Positions 1 to 9,894 of a DNA stretch of 64,000 nt are shown here, piece after piece. A program made the position numbers and the translations under genes. Numbering within the stretch: the first letter of the stretch is position 1; each line of letters opens with the position of its first letter. This DNA is from a phage, in NCBI GenBank assembly GCA_011939005.1, contig GCA_011939005.1_4858.1; one strand, written 5' to 3'. A model generated the notes under the pieces. It did not search any database. It was given only the letters and a program-made list of their open reading frames with translations, and had not been told where the DNA came from.

Positions 1-1239
1 CACGTTCTTATCAGCAGAACGGTTATACTCACCTTTACGCATGGCTTCATCGTATTCACGACCAATCTCTTCACGGAAGTCGTTATAGACTTCATACGTC
101 TCAGAACAGAACGCCTTGTCAAGGATCTCAAACGCTTTCGGTGACCAGACAATGTTCTTGTCTTTGGACATCGCAAAATAGAACCGCACGATATCATTGT
201 AAAAACGTTTCAAAGCGTTCGCGTAGTGATCTAACTCGCGTTTGTTCTCTTCGGTACATGCGATATTGTTAACACCACGATCGCATTTGGTTTCGTCCCG
301 CCATACCTGAATATCAACGACACGAGAACCGGTACGTTCCATCTTTTCAAAGTCGCCGGCCTGACGCGCTTTGTAATGCTCAGGGTCAGCGTCAACATAC
401 TCACAACGGTCGAAGTGCGGAGAGATATGTTGTGTTTCACCTACGTGCGAGTCAATGGCTGCCCATAGCTTATCGAAACGGCGCGCGGCAATAACCAACC
501 CATCATCACGAATTGCCTGTCCTTTATTGGGCAGGTACTGTGGTCGACGAACGCCATCAATACCCGTTGTCCCATACGTGTCAAGCAGGTACTCGTCGTC
601 GCGCAAGGTAAAGTCAATTGCACGCAAACCATAAGCGTGCATCGCCTTCGCTGCAGTTTCGGAGATGGTGTACGAGTCCTCGATAATGTCCGGGTGCGAC
701 ATTGTCACGGTGTGCAGGTTGACCCCATCGACAAACTCACCGTCTTTCTGTGCCGGCAGTACGGTAAGCATTTCATCTTTTTCCAGGTGCTGCGTCTGTC
801 CGCGCAGCAACGCCTGAAGTTTCCCAGTAGCCTCTTTCTTAGACGAGAAAATGTTATCGTGGTTGGTGTAATACTTAATATCGATTACATCAATCATCAC
901 TTTGCGCTGGTTGGTTAAATCTGCGCGCTTGAAGAAGATAACATGCTGGAGCGGATCGTGATCCCCTTCACGACCATAGCGTGCAAAAACAGCTGCACGA
1001 GTAACACCTTCTTTGGTTGTGTAACTGCACACAGTACCACTGTCTTCCACGATATCGTTAAAACAATAATCGTGGTAGTTCACATCAGCGCCGGTAAAAT
1101 GGATAGTCGGATCTGGATTGTCCAGTGGTACCGCCGACTTCATATGTCCACCCACCATTGAGGCACGTGCCCCAGATACGCCAGTGATATTCACCTCACG
1201 GTCAGCAACGCTTGACATGAGTTCGACTGGTGTTTTCAT
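1..1239 (-). CDS. hypothetical protein, N-terminal portion (ORF runs off the window start)
   Basis: Minus-strand frame open from ATG at 1237-1239 (MKTPVELMSSVADREVNITG...) to position 1, checked by hand for about 330 nt; AAAAGGAG 8 nt upstream. Absent from the ORF track because it has no stop inside the window. Confidence 0.6.
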   Translation of the reverse strand, partial: MKTPVELMSSVADREVNITGVSGARASMVGGHMKSAVPLDNPDPTIHFTGADVNYHDYCFNDIVEDSGTVCSYTTKEGVTRAAVFARYGREGDHDPLQHVIFFKRADLTNQRKVMIDVIDIKYYTNHDNIFSSKKEATGKLQALLRGQTQHLEKDEMLTVLPAQKDGEFVDGVNLHTVTMSHPDIIEDSYTISETAAKAMHAYGLRAIDFTLRDDEYLLDTYGTTGIDGVRRPQYLPNKGQAIRDDGLVIAARRFDKLWAAIDSHVGETQHISPHFDRCEYVDADPEHYKARQAGDFEKMERTGSRVVDIQVWRDETKCDRGVNNIACTEENKRELDHYANALKRFYNDIVRFYFAMSKDKNIVWSPKAFEILDKAFCSETYEVYNDFREEIGREYDEAMRKGEYNRSADKNV

Positions 1240-1269
1240 TCGTAAATGCTCCTTTTGGTTACCTCGGTA

Positions 1270-1284
1270 AGATAATATCTATCT
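1270..1284. promoter_or_regulatory. copy 1 of recurring motif AGATAATATCTATCT, in divergent intergenic region
   Basis: Exact 15-mer between minus gene start 1239 and plus gene start 1306. Confidence 0.4.
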
Positions 1285-1305
1285 GTTTTATTTTAAGGAG
1301 AGACG

Positions 1306-1629
1306 ATGCTAGATAAATTTGCTACCTTATCCGAAATAATACCTTCGCCTGATTCGACCAAGTATAAGGTGTTGCATGACTATACAGACTTCCTTCGCAA
1401 ACACCCAGATACTACAGAAGAAGTTGTTGACCCAAAATATGCCTACCCAGAGGTACACAGTTTCTACGCGTACTGTCGTCTCAAACAGTACGATAATAGT
1501 ATTATTTATCCGATGATGTTAATGAACGGAATTTCTACTCCGTTTGATTTCACGCCAGAGATAAGAACCTTATTGGTTCCTAGTGTCGGTGTGGTAAGTA
1601 ACATCTTATCGACTATCGTAGAATCTTGA
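1306..1629 (+). CDS. hypothetical protein (107 aa)
   Basis: ORF with AAGGAGAG RBS about 8 nt upstream of ATG; followed by hairpin terminator. Confidence 0.5.
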   Translation: MLDKFATLSEIIPSPDSTKYKVLHDYTDFLRKHPDTTEEVVDPKYAYPEVHSFYAYCRLKQYDNSIIYPMMLMNGISTPFDFTPEIRTLLVPSVGVVSNILSTIVES

Positions 1630-1660
1630 AAAAAAGAAGGGACGCCCAGTCCCTTCTTTC
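1629..1660. terminator. bidirectional intrinsic terminator
   Basis: Stem GAAGGGAC/GTCCCTTC with A-run upstream and T-rich tract downstream, between convergent genes. Confidence 0.5.
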
Positions 1661-1666
1661 TAACGC

Positions 1667-3034
1667 TTAACGTAAATTAGCTGATGAGAATGGTAGGTTG
1701 CCTAAACTGCTGCTACTTCCGCCACCTAAACCACCCAGACCACCTAACACGTCACTACTCCCTCCTAAGAGGTTGGTGCTACCGCCGCCCAACTGCGTGC
1801 TACCCCCCAAGAGATTATTACTACTTCCCAGCAAACCAGAACCCAGACCACTTTCTTTCGTCACCGCATTACCACGCAGCGCTTCACCGAGAGACAGTTC
1901 TTTAATTGTCCCTTTCGGTAAATGGCCGTTGTTCTCACGCAGCGCTTCCTGAATCTTCGGTGCTAACGCGTTGAAGCTATTAGCTGAAGACGCCTGTTGC
2001 GCTTTCTTCGCACGGAAATAGTTTACCGGATCGTTGAGATCAAGATTTTCCTGCGGAGCTTGTTGAGAAGCTAAAGCAACGACCGGCTTTGTGCCGGCAG
2101 GTGTACGCCCGATACGGAAATCCGTTGCGGTGGTGTCTGTTGCCTGATCGGTGCGTGGGCCGGTATTATACGGCAGAGTTTGGATAACGTTATCATAAAC
2201 GCTCATGTTATCCAGTTGGCCAATCCATTCTTCTTCTAACGGACGCAGTGGAGTGTGGTCACGCAGACCACGAACCACTTGATTGTAGTTGGTCACGTAT
2301 TGTGCCCAACCGCGTGCCAAAGAACCGAAGTACGGACGCGGATCGTTAGAACCCGTAACCGAAGGATACCAACCAAACACTGCAGTGAGCAGGTTAAAGA
2401 TAATGACCTTATCCTGCTTACGCTGGAGCTTGGCACCGAAGAATGTTGCCGTACCATCCAGTGACTCTTCTTCAAACATGTGTTTGTAGTTCGCCACGCG
2501 GATATATTTGATACCTTCAATGGTCATATCGCTGGAGATGAAGATACTGGTGATCTTTGTCTTTTTATCTTCTTCCAGCAAACCGTAAACGTAGTTCTTC
2601 ACTGCGTGCCAGCTCTGAACCAGTTTCTTATCCATCGTCGGATCTTTCAGGTCAGCACAAACCACATCGCTTAAAAACTTCTTGTACGATGCCAGACGGA
2701 TATTTTTTCCTTCGGCTGCTGTTTCCAAAATCGCATCGATTAACTCGAAGCTTTTCAGGAAGAGGTTCGCGCTGATGGCTTTCTTCAGGAAACGAATCGT
2801 TCCAGATTCGCCAGCCAGTACCGATTCACACAGTGGGTGGAACGCATGACATTCACTACCTTCGTCATCTTCCAACCCACGCTTAATCATCGCTGCAGTT
2901 GGAAGCACCAAGCGGCGCTTCACTTTGTTGTAGGTGAACATTGCCGGATGACCATCATCGATGGTCAACATGTCACCTTCGAATCCGTATCCGAGCGAGG
3001 TCAGAAACGAACGGTAGAATTCAATCAATTTCAT
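1667..3034 (-). CDS. hypothetical protein with Gly/Leu-rich C-terminal tail (possible virion protein)
   Basis: 455-aa ORF; C-terminus LGGSTQLGGGSTNLLGGSSDVLGGLGGLGGG resembles tail of adjacent 3047..4747 product. Confidence 0.65.
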   Translation of the reverse strand: MKLIEFYRSFLTSLGYGFEGDMLTIDDGHPAMFTYNKVKRRLVLPTAAMIKRGLEDDEGSECHAFHPLCESVLAGESGTIRFLKKAISANLFLKSFELIDAILETAAEGKNIRLASYKKFLSDVVCADLKDPTMDKKLVQSWHAVKNYVYGLLEEDKKTKITSIFISSDMTIEGIKYIRVANYKHMFEEESLDGTATFFGAKLQRKQDKVIIFNLLTAVFGWYPSVTGSNDPRPYFGSLARGWAQYVTNYNQVVRGLRDHTPLRPLEEEWIGQLDNMSVYDNVIQTLPYNTGPRTDQATDTTATDFRIGRTPAGTKPVVALASQQAPQENLDLNDPVNYFRAKKAQQASSANSFNALAPKIQEALRENNGHLPKGTIKELSLGEALRGNAVTKESGLGSGLLGSSNNLLGGSTQLGGGSTNLLGGSSDVLGGLGGLGGGSSSSLGNLPFSSANLR

Positions 3035-3046
3035 GGTTAATAATCC

Positions 3047-4747
3047 TTAATCAATGAGACCGTTGCCGAGTCCGTTTCCGCCTATACCGCCTAAGCCACC
3101 ACCCAGGTCAAGACCTCCAAGAGGATCTAAGCCACCTGTGTTAGTTGGAATGTTAGATAGCATTCGACCCCGGCCTTGGCCTTTCTCGAATTCTGTATAA
3201 CCTTCTTCTACGGCTTTCAACAGCGTTGCGGTGTTCTGTGCCAGCTCACCAACGTATTTGAGATCGGTGGTGTTGCCGGTATGGAGACGGAATTGCATAA
3301 ACGACGCGTAGGTGTAATATTCCAGCGGTTCGTCGTCGACACGGATTTCAATACGAGTAACGGTCCCCAACAATGCGGTGACCAGCATGTGGCAGCGAAT
3401 ATGGTTATGTTTAGTAACCTGAACCATCGCTTCTTTCATGTTCTGCAAGAAACGACGACCTAACGCAGCAGGTAACTGATGGTGCGTGATGCTGCTGACT
3501 GAGTTAGGAATAACTTCCAGCGTAGGCTCTATCATGATATCTGTGTTGCGATTATCAAAGACAAAGCTCACTTCACCAATCAGGTTACGTGACATAATCG
3601 GCCCGATAGACATAGCCAGATCATACGCAACTAGACTACCCTGTGTGGAGAAGCCATTACGTCCAATCCAGTGGTCGGTTTGGTTAACCAGCCCTGCACC
3701 CAACCCACGGCGACTTGCCAGCGCCAGCGATTCACGGATACATTCATCCAACCGCATTGGGTTGACAATCGCATTACGCAAATCAGCCAAACGGAACGTC
3801 GCCTTACTGGTTGCTTTCCAACCGCCAGATACATCAGACATCCCGTTCTGGAGTGCTTGACGCATCGCAGCAATCAGTTCGTGGTTGCTGTAGTTACGGA
3901 TAACACCACGTTGCTTCAATTCAGATTCAACGCCGATGGAGTTATTACCTGCAAAGAAGCTTTCCACGCTACCGAGTTCGGTATCTACCCCAGAACTTGC
4001 CAGATACGCATTACTGATTGCAGATACGTAGTTTTCTGGACGCTGGAGTTGGGATACCATCAACTGTGGTGCAGAGCTACTGGTTGCGGATAGCACAGAG
4101 TCGCTCGTTGGGACGAACTTCTCACCGCTATTCATTTCAATACGTTTTACCATGTCCGCCGCTTTCGCGATCGAAATGATATCTACCGTACTTTCTGTTT
4201 GACCTTCAACAGACAACGCTTTCGATAAAACGTAGTTATCCAGTAGACGGAATGAGTCTGGGTTCAATGTTTTGCCGCCCAGGGCATCGTGTGTATACGT
4301 TGCCTGTAAGCCGTAGATGTCGTTAATGTACAACACCATATCGTCCGGCAGCAAGCTACCCAGGCTGGTTTCTGCCTGACTGGTATAACCGGAGACGATA
4401 TATTGCGTTTCCTGAGTGCGTGTTGCATTCAGAGGTTTGGCAATAAACACCGCCACGAAGTTAAAGATACCGGTATCACGTGATTCCCATTGGAACTGTA
4501 CAGGACGATTGTCATCATCGGACACGTTGATGAATGGACGCTCAAAACCATTCTGGGTGCCATCGAAGCCCACGATGGCAGATAATGCTTCTTGATACTG
4601 CTGTGTTCCCACAGCCTTTTCCCCGCCCAGTTCAACCGCTGCTGCTAAGTCATCCAGTGCACCCGTCGATGCGTTAAAGCCGATGCGGCGACGAACTTGC
4701 TCTGGAACATCGTAGACCGGATACATCAGTAGATTTACAAGCTGCAT
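3047..4747 (-). CDS. hypothetical protein with Gly-rich C-terminal tail (possible virion protein)
   Basis: 566-aa ORF; C-terminus GGLDPLGGLDLGGGLGGIGGNGLGNGL; tandem with 1667..3034. Confidence 0.65.
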   Translation of the reverse strand: MQLVNLLMYPVYDVPEQVRRRIGFNASTGALDDLAAAVELGGEKAVGTQQYQEALSAIVGFDGTQNGFERPFINVSDDDNRPVQFQWESRDTGIFNFVAVFIAKPLNATRTQETQYIVSGYTSQAETSLGSLLPDDMVLYINDIYGLQATYTHDALGGKTLNPDSFRLLDNYVLSKALSVEGQTESTVDIISIAKAADMVKRIEMNSGEKFVPTSDSVLSATSSSAPQLMVSQLQRPENYVSAISNAYLASSGVDTELGSVESFFAGNNSIGVESELKQRGVIRNYSNHELIAAMRQALQNGMSDVSGGWKATSKATFRLADLRNAIVNPMRLDECIRESLALASRRGLGAGLVNQTDHWIGRNGFSTQGSLVAYDLAMSIGPIMSRNLIGEVSFVFDNRNTDIMIEPTLEVIPNSVSSITHHQLPAALGRRFLQNMKEAMVQVTKHNHIRCHMLVTALLGTVTRIEIRVDDEPLEYYTYASFMQFRLHTGNTTDLKYVGELAQNTATLLKAVEEGYTEFEKGQGRGRMLSNIPTNTGGLDPLGGLDLGGGLGGIGGNGLGNGLID

Positions 4748-4759
4748 TTTAAATACTCC

Positions 4760-6394
4760 TTAAGAATTAAACCATTCAACTTCTTCTAACTTGCGACGTG
4801 CATTCAACACCATAAACTCCGCCAGGCTATTGTGCAGTGACAAGTGAGGTATATAGTTTGGCTGATCCGTCTCACACTTCAGCAGCGCAGCTGCTTCTGG
4901 TGTAGCCCTGAGATGGAACAGATACGGGTTGATGTGATCCTTGTGTAACAAGGTCAGTGATTCCCGTGGTGTAGATTGCGGTTCGAGATTACGCGGGTTG
5001 CGGTACTCCTGAAGATAATATCTATCTAAATCTGCTTTGAGTTCAGATCGAATTGGATCGGCTGCATAACCGGCAGACATCTCAGAACGCACCATATTGC
5101 AACTTAACAGTTGCGCAACGTCATACATTCCATAATTGAGATAAGTTGCCTGCGCCAACGCCATACCGTAGCGAAACGCTTCTGGTCCACATTCAGTATA
5201 CGTCTTATAATGCGCGCTACGATGGAGTGCTAATGCGACTAACCATTCATGCAACGTATAGACAGGACCGTCATGTGTTGCCAGTTGCGAATCAATCAAT
5301 AACTTAACATCTGCTGGAGCGGCATTATCCAGACGCATTGTTTTCAAGAAAGAGCGGTATTCTTTAAATACGTACTCGGTACGGACGTATTCTTTCATCT
5401 GTGCAGGAGAACGTGCCTGCACCAAATCCATGGCGTTTATCTTACCCTTTTCGCCATTGAATACCACACTTTCCGGATGCGCTTTTAACAGCACCGGCTG
5501 GTTAGAGATTTTGTTTGCAAAACCTGTTTCAATCTCTTGTTTAACCAGAAAATACATGCTGGTGACGATATTGTTGTTAACCATGATTTCAATCGGTAAT
5601 TCACCACCGACTTCACGGACAGCCAACAATTTAATAATAGCATACGCCAGGATATAATCTTCCATCATATCCGTGCCATAGCCCCGCACCGTAGCCAATA
5701 CCGACAAACTGGTGCTGTTCGTACCTTTGTTTGCCAGTTCTTTTTCTACCTTTTCCATCACTGTCTGTAGGAACCCACGCAGTTTCGGAATAGCAGGTAA
5801 AGACATGACTTCTGTGTCTTGAAGCATCTCCAGACAGTATGTCAGATTGTACACCATTTTCCGATGTGTTTCGATTGGCAAGTTCTTACCTATCGGGAAC
5901 GTCCCCATGGTGAGGAACACCGGAATATACGGTTTAATCATCAGGACCAGTATCAACAACTCGTAATAGTCCGGACGAATGTACGTCATCGCTTCCGGAT
6001 AATTACTGTTCATTTCATCGTGCGTATCTTCCATGTTCTGCGGAATCCACAGCTTATCGATGGGATACAGCTTACGATACACTTCAGCCTTGTGGAACTT
6101 CGCGATCATCTGCACAATCTTCGGCATGTGCTTACGCTGCGTTTCCGTCGATTCGTTTGCCAGCTCGTCCAGCATCAGATACGCCATGAACAGTTCATCT
6201 TGTTCGTCTGGCGTTAAATAATCCCACACGCGTTGTAATTCCATGAAGAGAATGTTGTCGCGTGCAATCTGTTTACCTTTAACAGTGATGTAGTCGGGTG
6301 CGTTGTTATCCTTCCGATAACGTAAGCCAATAAATGTGACCTCTTGACCATGATGCTCGATTGTCATCCGGTCTTTAATCTTCATAATTTTCAT
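4760..6394 (-). CDS. hypothetical protein (544 aa)
   Basis: Long ORF; GGAG RBS about 9 nt upstream of ATG at 6394; motif copy 35 nt upstream. Confidence 0.65.
   Translation of the reverse strand: MKIMKIKDRMTIEHHGQEVTFIGLRYRKDNNAPDYITVKGKQIARDNILFMELQRVWDYLTPDEQDELFMAYLMLDELANESTETQRKHMPKIVQMIAKFHKAEVYRKLYPIDKLWIPQNMEDTHDEMNSNYPEAMTYIRPDYYELLILVLMIKPYIPVFLTMGTFPIGKNLPIETHRKMVYNLTYCLEMLQDTEVMSLPAIPKLRGFLQTVMEKVEKELANKGTNSTSLSVLATVRGYGTDMMEDYILAYAIIKLLAVREVGGELPIEIMVNNNIVTSMYFLVKQEIETGFANKISNQPVLLKAHPESVVFNGEKGKINAMDLVQARSPAQMKEYVRTEYVFKEYRSFLKTMRLDNAAPADVKLLIDSQLATHDGPVYTLHEWLVALALHRSAHYKTYTECGPEAFRYGMALAQATYLNYGMYDVAQLLSCNMVRSEMSAGYAADPIRSELKADLDRYYLQEYRNPRNLEPQSTPRESLTLLHKDHINPYLFHLRATPEAAALLKCETDQPNYIPHLSLHNSLAEFMVLNARRKLEEVEWFNS
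5013..5027. promoter_or_regulatory. copy 2 of motif AGATAATATCTATCT, inside coding sequence
   Basis: Exact 15-mer plus 6 further identical bases (21 nt shared with copy at 6429) inside ORF 4760..6394, about 265 nt upstream of the start of 3047..4747. Confidence 0.3.
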
Positions 6395-6428
6395 TATAGT
6401 TGAACTCCGCGAATAGTCGATTGCACTG

Positions 6429-6443
6429 AGATAATATCTATCT
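6429..6443. promoter_or_regulatory. copy 3 of motif AGATAATATCTATCT
   Basis: Exact 15-mer 35 nt upstream of minus gene start 6394. Confidence 0.45.
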
Positions 6444-6490
6444 AAATCTTCTTACAGTGTGTGTTGCAGGACCACGCATAAGCGTTAATA

Positions 6491-6530
6491 GCCCAAGGTT
6501 TCCCTTGGGCGTATTTTTTATTTTGTTTCT
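6491..6530 (+). terminator. plus-oriented hairpin plus T-run
   Basis: GCCCAAGG-TTTC-CCTTGGGC followed by GTATTTTTTATTTTGTTT; oriented against the surrounding minus genes. Confidence 0.35.
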
Positions 6531-7228
6531 TAGAGTAATTCGTCGTAAGAATCAGTGGTTGCTGGAGGTGCAGATTGTTGCTGCTGTTGATAACCGCCGC
6601 CGCTACGCTGACCACCACCCTGGCCACCGCCGTATCCGCCACGACCGAAGCTACCACCACCTTGCTGGAATTCACGCGGCTTATATTTCTCTTCCAGGTT
6701 CTGTAAGAACTTCTCGAAGTTAGTGATAAACGCACGTGCGCAGCGCTCAGCAAGTTCTAAATCAGAAACCTGCTGGCCGTCGCGGAAAATACGGAAACCT
6801 TTCGGGTAGGAGAAGTAGAACTTCTTCTGGCGGGCACCAACGCCCTGGATTTCACCGGCAATAGCGATGAACGGTACCAGGTTGTCTTCACGGCCAACAA
6901 TCAGACTAACGGGCGGTTTGTTGCCGTTTTCGTTAGTAAACTTCAGCATACTCTTTTCGCTCTTACGCAGACAATCCTGCAGAGCTTCGATAATGGTACG
7001 ACAAACCGTAATCGGTGCAGAGAAATAGAGACCTTCGCCCTTACCAAAAGAGTAGCTAAACTTCATAGTTTCAACATCACCGTTGAAATCATTCGGTTCA
7101 ATGTTGAGTTTACGCGTACGGTTTTGCTGATCCGGTTCGGTCTGCGGGTAAAGCCATTTGTCTTTGAAAATTTCTTGGTTAATCATCATTTCATCCTTTT
7201 CGGAAAAGCAGTCTAGTGGTTCACACAT
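6530..7228 (-). CDS. hypothetical protein with Gly/Gln-rich C-terminal region and acidic tip (SSB-like tail; function unverified)
   Basis: C-terminus GGGSFGRGGYGGGQGGGQRSGGGYQQQQQ...DSYDELL; likely true start at MMINQ (about 7189) where AAGGA precedes ATG. Confidence 0.55.
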   Translation of the reverse strand: MCEPLDCFSEKDEMMINQEIFKDKWLYPQTEPDQQNRTRKLNIEPNDFNGDVETMKFSYSFGKGEGLYFSAPITVCRTIIEALQDCLRKSEKSMLKFTNENGNKPPVSLIVGREDNLVPFIAIAGEIQGVGARQKKFYFSYPKGFRIFRDGQQVSDLELAERCARAFITNFEKFLQNLEEKYKPREFQQGGGSFGRGGYGGGQGGGQRSGGGYQQQQQSAPPATTDSYDELL

Positions 7229-7254
7229 GATGTCCCACTAACGTAAATTTTAAC

Positions 7255-8091
7255 TTACTTCATAAGCCTGCGGAGCAGTTCAATTACAAATGGCTCATTC
7301 ACCAGTTTTAGACAGTTATAAATACGGTCCATTGTGGTATCCTGTTTCCAGCTGTACTTCTCTGCGGTTTTTAACACCACCCCACGCGTTTTGCGATCGA
7401 GGGGTGAAAACATTATCCCGTCGCCAAACAACGTCAGGAACGCTTTGTTAAACGGAATATGTTGGGGTTTCCCGTTAAGTTTGGTGTACCACTCCAGTTG
7501 TGTTTTCACTTTACCGGTGTGCGATTCCAACAAACCCAGTTTAGGGAAATCTTTACGTGCCAGGAGATCAGCTGGCATGTGGGTCAGTAACAGTGTGTCG
7601 CGGCTACCCTCTGGGAAAACATCGAATTGACGGAAGTAATTTTCGTGTTTCTCACCGTACATTTTTAAGGTGTCGTGTTCCAGTGCATTATAGTGCAGCT
7701 GGTTTGGCGTCATCTTATCCTGACCGCCTGCAATGTTTTTGAACGAGGCTTCGGGAAACACTTTGTTAGCGCTACGATAGCTACAAAGGTACGGAACGCA
7801 TAACACCGAAGGGGCTACCGCTCTCGCGGTAGCCGTAAGATTATTAATATCTTCTTCAATCGATGTTAGCATCACGTCGGGTGTTAACCGTTCTCTATTC
7901 TCTTCAAACGCATAGAAGGCGTTACGGAACAATGTCCGGAGATTCAGGTATATTTCCTGATAGGAATGGATAGGCAATTCACCTTTCCAGTCGGCGTATT
8001 CGCCGGTATGCAGCAGACCTTCAAACGCCAGCGAACTGGCGATTGACACTGAATAGAACCCGAAAGTGCGATCAACACTGATTGGATTCAT
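7255..8091 (-). CDS. hypothetical protein (278 aa)
   Basis: Long ORF in tandem minus-strand array. Confidence 0.6.
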   Translation of the reverse strand: MNPISVDRTFGFYSVSIASSLAFEGLLHTGEYADWKGELPIHSYQEIYLNLRTLFRNAFYAFEENRERLTPDVMLTSIEEDINNLTATARAVAPSVLCVPYLCSYRSANKVFPEASFKNIAGGQDKMTPNQLHYNALEHDTLKMYGEKHENYFRQFDVFPEGSRDTLLLTHMPADLLARKDFPKLGLLESHTGKVKTQLEWYTKLNGKPQHIPFNKAFLTLFGDGIMFSPLDRKTRGVVLKTAEKYSWKQDTTMDRIYNCLKLVNEPFVIELLRRLMK

Positions 8092-9239
8092 TCTATTTTC
8101 CTAATGATTGCAGTAACAACATCAGGGTCGTACTTCACTGATGTTAGCTCTTCGAGAACCAACCGTTCGAAGTTCTCAGGAGTAGGTTTTTCGTACAGTG
8201 GGGCTTCGTTCGAAAAACTCTTCACTAACAACTCCTCTTCTTCAGAGGAGCGCACACGTTCTCCAGATATGTGGAACGTGTATTCTTTTTTCCACCGACT
8301 GACGTATTCGGCCATCGGTGAGCCTGCGTAATACTCGACCTCAAATCGCCCAATAGCGGACGAGGGATGATTGTCGATGTATTCTAATGCAGAAAGACAA
8401 GCTGCTAACTGCGCATCAAAGTCTTCCTGTGCCCGAATCTTTTTCTGCGGGCACGCGCGTGGGTTAACCAGGAAATAATCCCTGGCAACCGTATCGGTGA
8501 AATCGACAAGAGCTACGCCTTTGTCCTCCTCTTCACCTTGAGATAGTCGCTCAGGACTACCTACAACTCTTATCTTGTCTAATTCCTTGGGTCGATGGTC
8601 ATGCCCGATAAATATCAGGTGCTTGACTCTCGGCAACCAGAACTCCTCGTGGAAAGAACGAGGGGACTCGACAGGGAGTTGAAACTGGAAGCAGCCGTGC
8701 ATGAAGATAAAGTCTAACTTCTCCAAGCCTCGTGTCGCCATCAGTTCTGCCATTTCTGCCTCAGTGGCAGCAGCATTAATTTCATCGACGCCAGCAGCTT
8801 TATATTCGTCCTGCACCCAACCTACCATCGCATCGAGAGCCGGATCGTAAAATATCCCGATCCCTGCCAAATACAAACAGTCTGCGCCTATACTGATGTT
8901 CAGCGACTCAACTATTTTGGACTGGCCATGGTCATGGGACGGTGTTCCCTCAACGATGCGAACGGCGGTATTAGTGGCCTTAGACCACTGGAGCAACCAC
9001 GTCAAGAAGCCCACAGCTTCTTGAGAATCTTCCTGGCGAAGATGTCGGGAATCATCAAATAAATCCCCTGCTATATAAAAGGCGTCAAGCGTATTTTCGC
9101 AGCTAATGAGTATCTCACGTATCACATCCACGATGTGCCATGTGGGCACACGTTTATGCAACAAATGGATATCGTTAGTGTTCAAAAGGCGCTTAACGCC
9201 TTCTGGTCTCTTAGGAGGTTTAGTAATCTTCTCCATCAC
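8088..9239 (-). CDS. calcineurin-like metallophosphoesterase (Mre11/SbcD-type nuclease or phosphatase)
   Basis: Ordered motifs DIH, GDLFD, GTPSHD, FMHG, GHDH match the metallophosphoesterase signature. Confidence 0.6.
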   Translation of the reverse strand: MMEKITKPPKRPEGVKRLLNTNDIHLLHKRVPTWHIVDVIREILISCENTLDAFYIAGDLFDDSRHLRQEDSQEAVGFLTWLLQWSKATNTAVRIVEGTPSHDHGQSKIVESLNISIGADCLYLAGIGIFYDPALDAMVGWVQDEYKAAGVDEINAAATEAEMAELMATRGLEKLDFIFMHGCFQFQLPVESPRSFHEEFWLPRVKHLIFIGHDHRPKELDKIRVVGSPERLSQGEEEDKGVALVDFTDTVARDYFLVNPRACPQKKIRAQEDFDAQLAACLSALEYIDNHPSSAIGRFEVEYYAGSPMAEYVSRWKKEYTFHISGERVRSSEEEELLVKSFSNEAPLYEKPTPENFERLVLEELTSVKYDPDVVTAIIRKIE

Positions 9240-9894
9240 CGATCCCTACGATTGGCTGCGTTTGAGCTGGGGCTTGCACCGAAGTCTCTGCAGCTGTCGC
9301 CGTGTTTTTACCGCCGGTAATTTTATCGACGTATTCAACCAACCCTTCCGGATATGGCAATTGACCACCCACACCGTAGCGTCGGAAAATCCAGTTCAGC
9401 AAGTCAATAATGTACTTCGCACGAACTGAATTTTCAGCCAGAGACATATTTTCGATCCCGGTTAAGGTGTAATCGATCATCTTGTACATCTGGGTTTCAC
9501 CGACGGTTGCAATCACATCAACCTGACGACGGATGTACTCAGTCTCATCGGAGAGGGAGGGTTCGCCGTCAACGGTGATTAACGAGCGGCCGGTGTTCAG
9601 CAGAGCAGGGATGGTAAATAGCAGTTTGCTGTTATCAGCATCGTCCACAATCTGTAGGGGTACAAATGGACTTCCTACGTAAGCCGTCCAGGTCTCTTCG
9701 TTAAAAGTACCATCAAGCATCCCGGACAGCAGTGGTAAGCCCTGTCGACGGAACTGTGCTTCGGTGAACACACTGCAAACGTTCTGGCTTTCCGCCAAAT
9801 CGTTTTCAATCTCTTTGAGTTTGTTATACTCAAAGCGCATCTGCTCATTCATCTGACTTAACGGTACACCGTTAAATGTAGGTTCCTGGCTCAT
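9220..9894 (-). CDS. hypothetical protein (224 aa)
   Basis: ORF overlapping neighbours by a few nt (coupled). Confidence 0.55.
   Translation of the reverse strand: MSQEPTFNGVPLSQMNEQMRFEYNKLKEIENDLAESQNVCSVFTEAQFRRQGLPLLSGMLDGTFNEETWTAYVGSPFVPLQIVDDADNSKLLFTIPALLNTGRSLITVDGEPSLSDETEYIRRQVDVIATVGETQMYKMIDYTLTGIENMSLAENSVRAKYIIDLLNWIFRRYGVGGQLPYPEGLVEYVDKITGGKNTATAAETSVQAPAQTQPIVGIGDGEDY

Noticed and set aside
637-1161. Plus-strand ORFs 637..918 and 943..1161 and minus ORFs 231..632
   Set aside because: They lie inside or out of frame with the long minus-strand gene 1..1239; short and without start signals.
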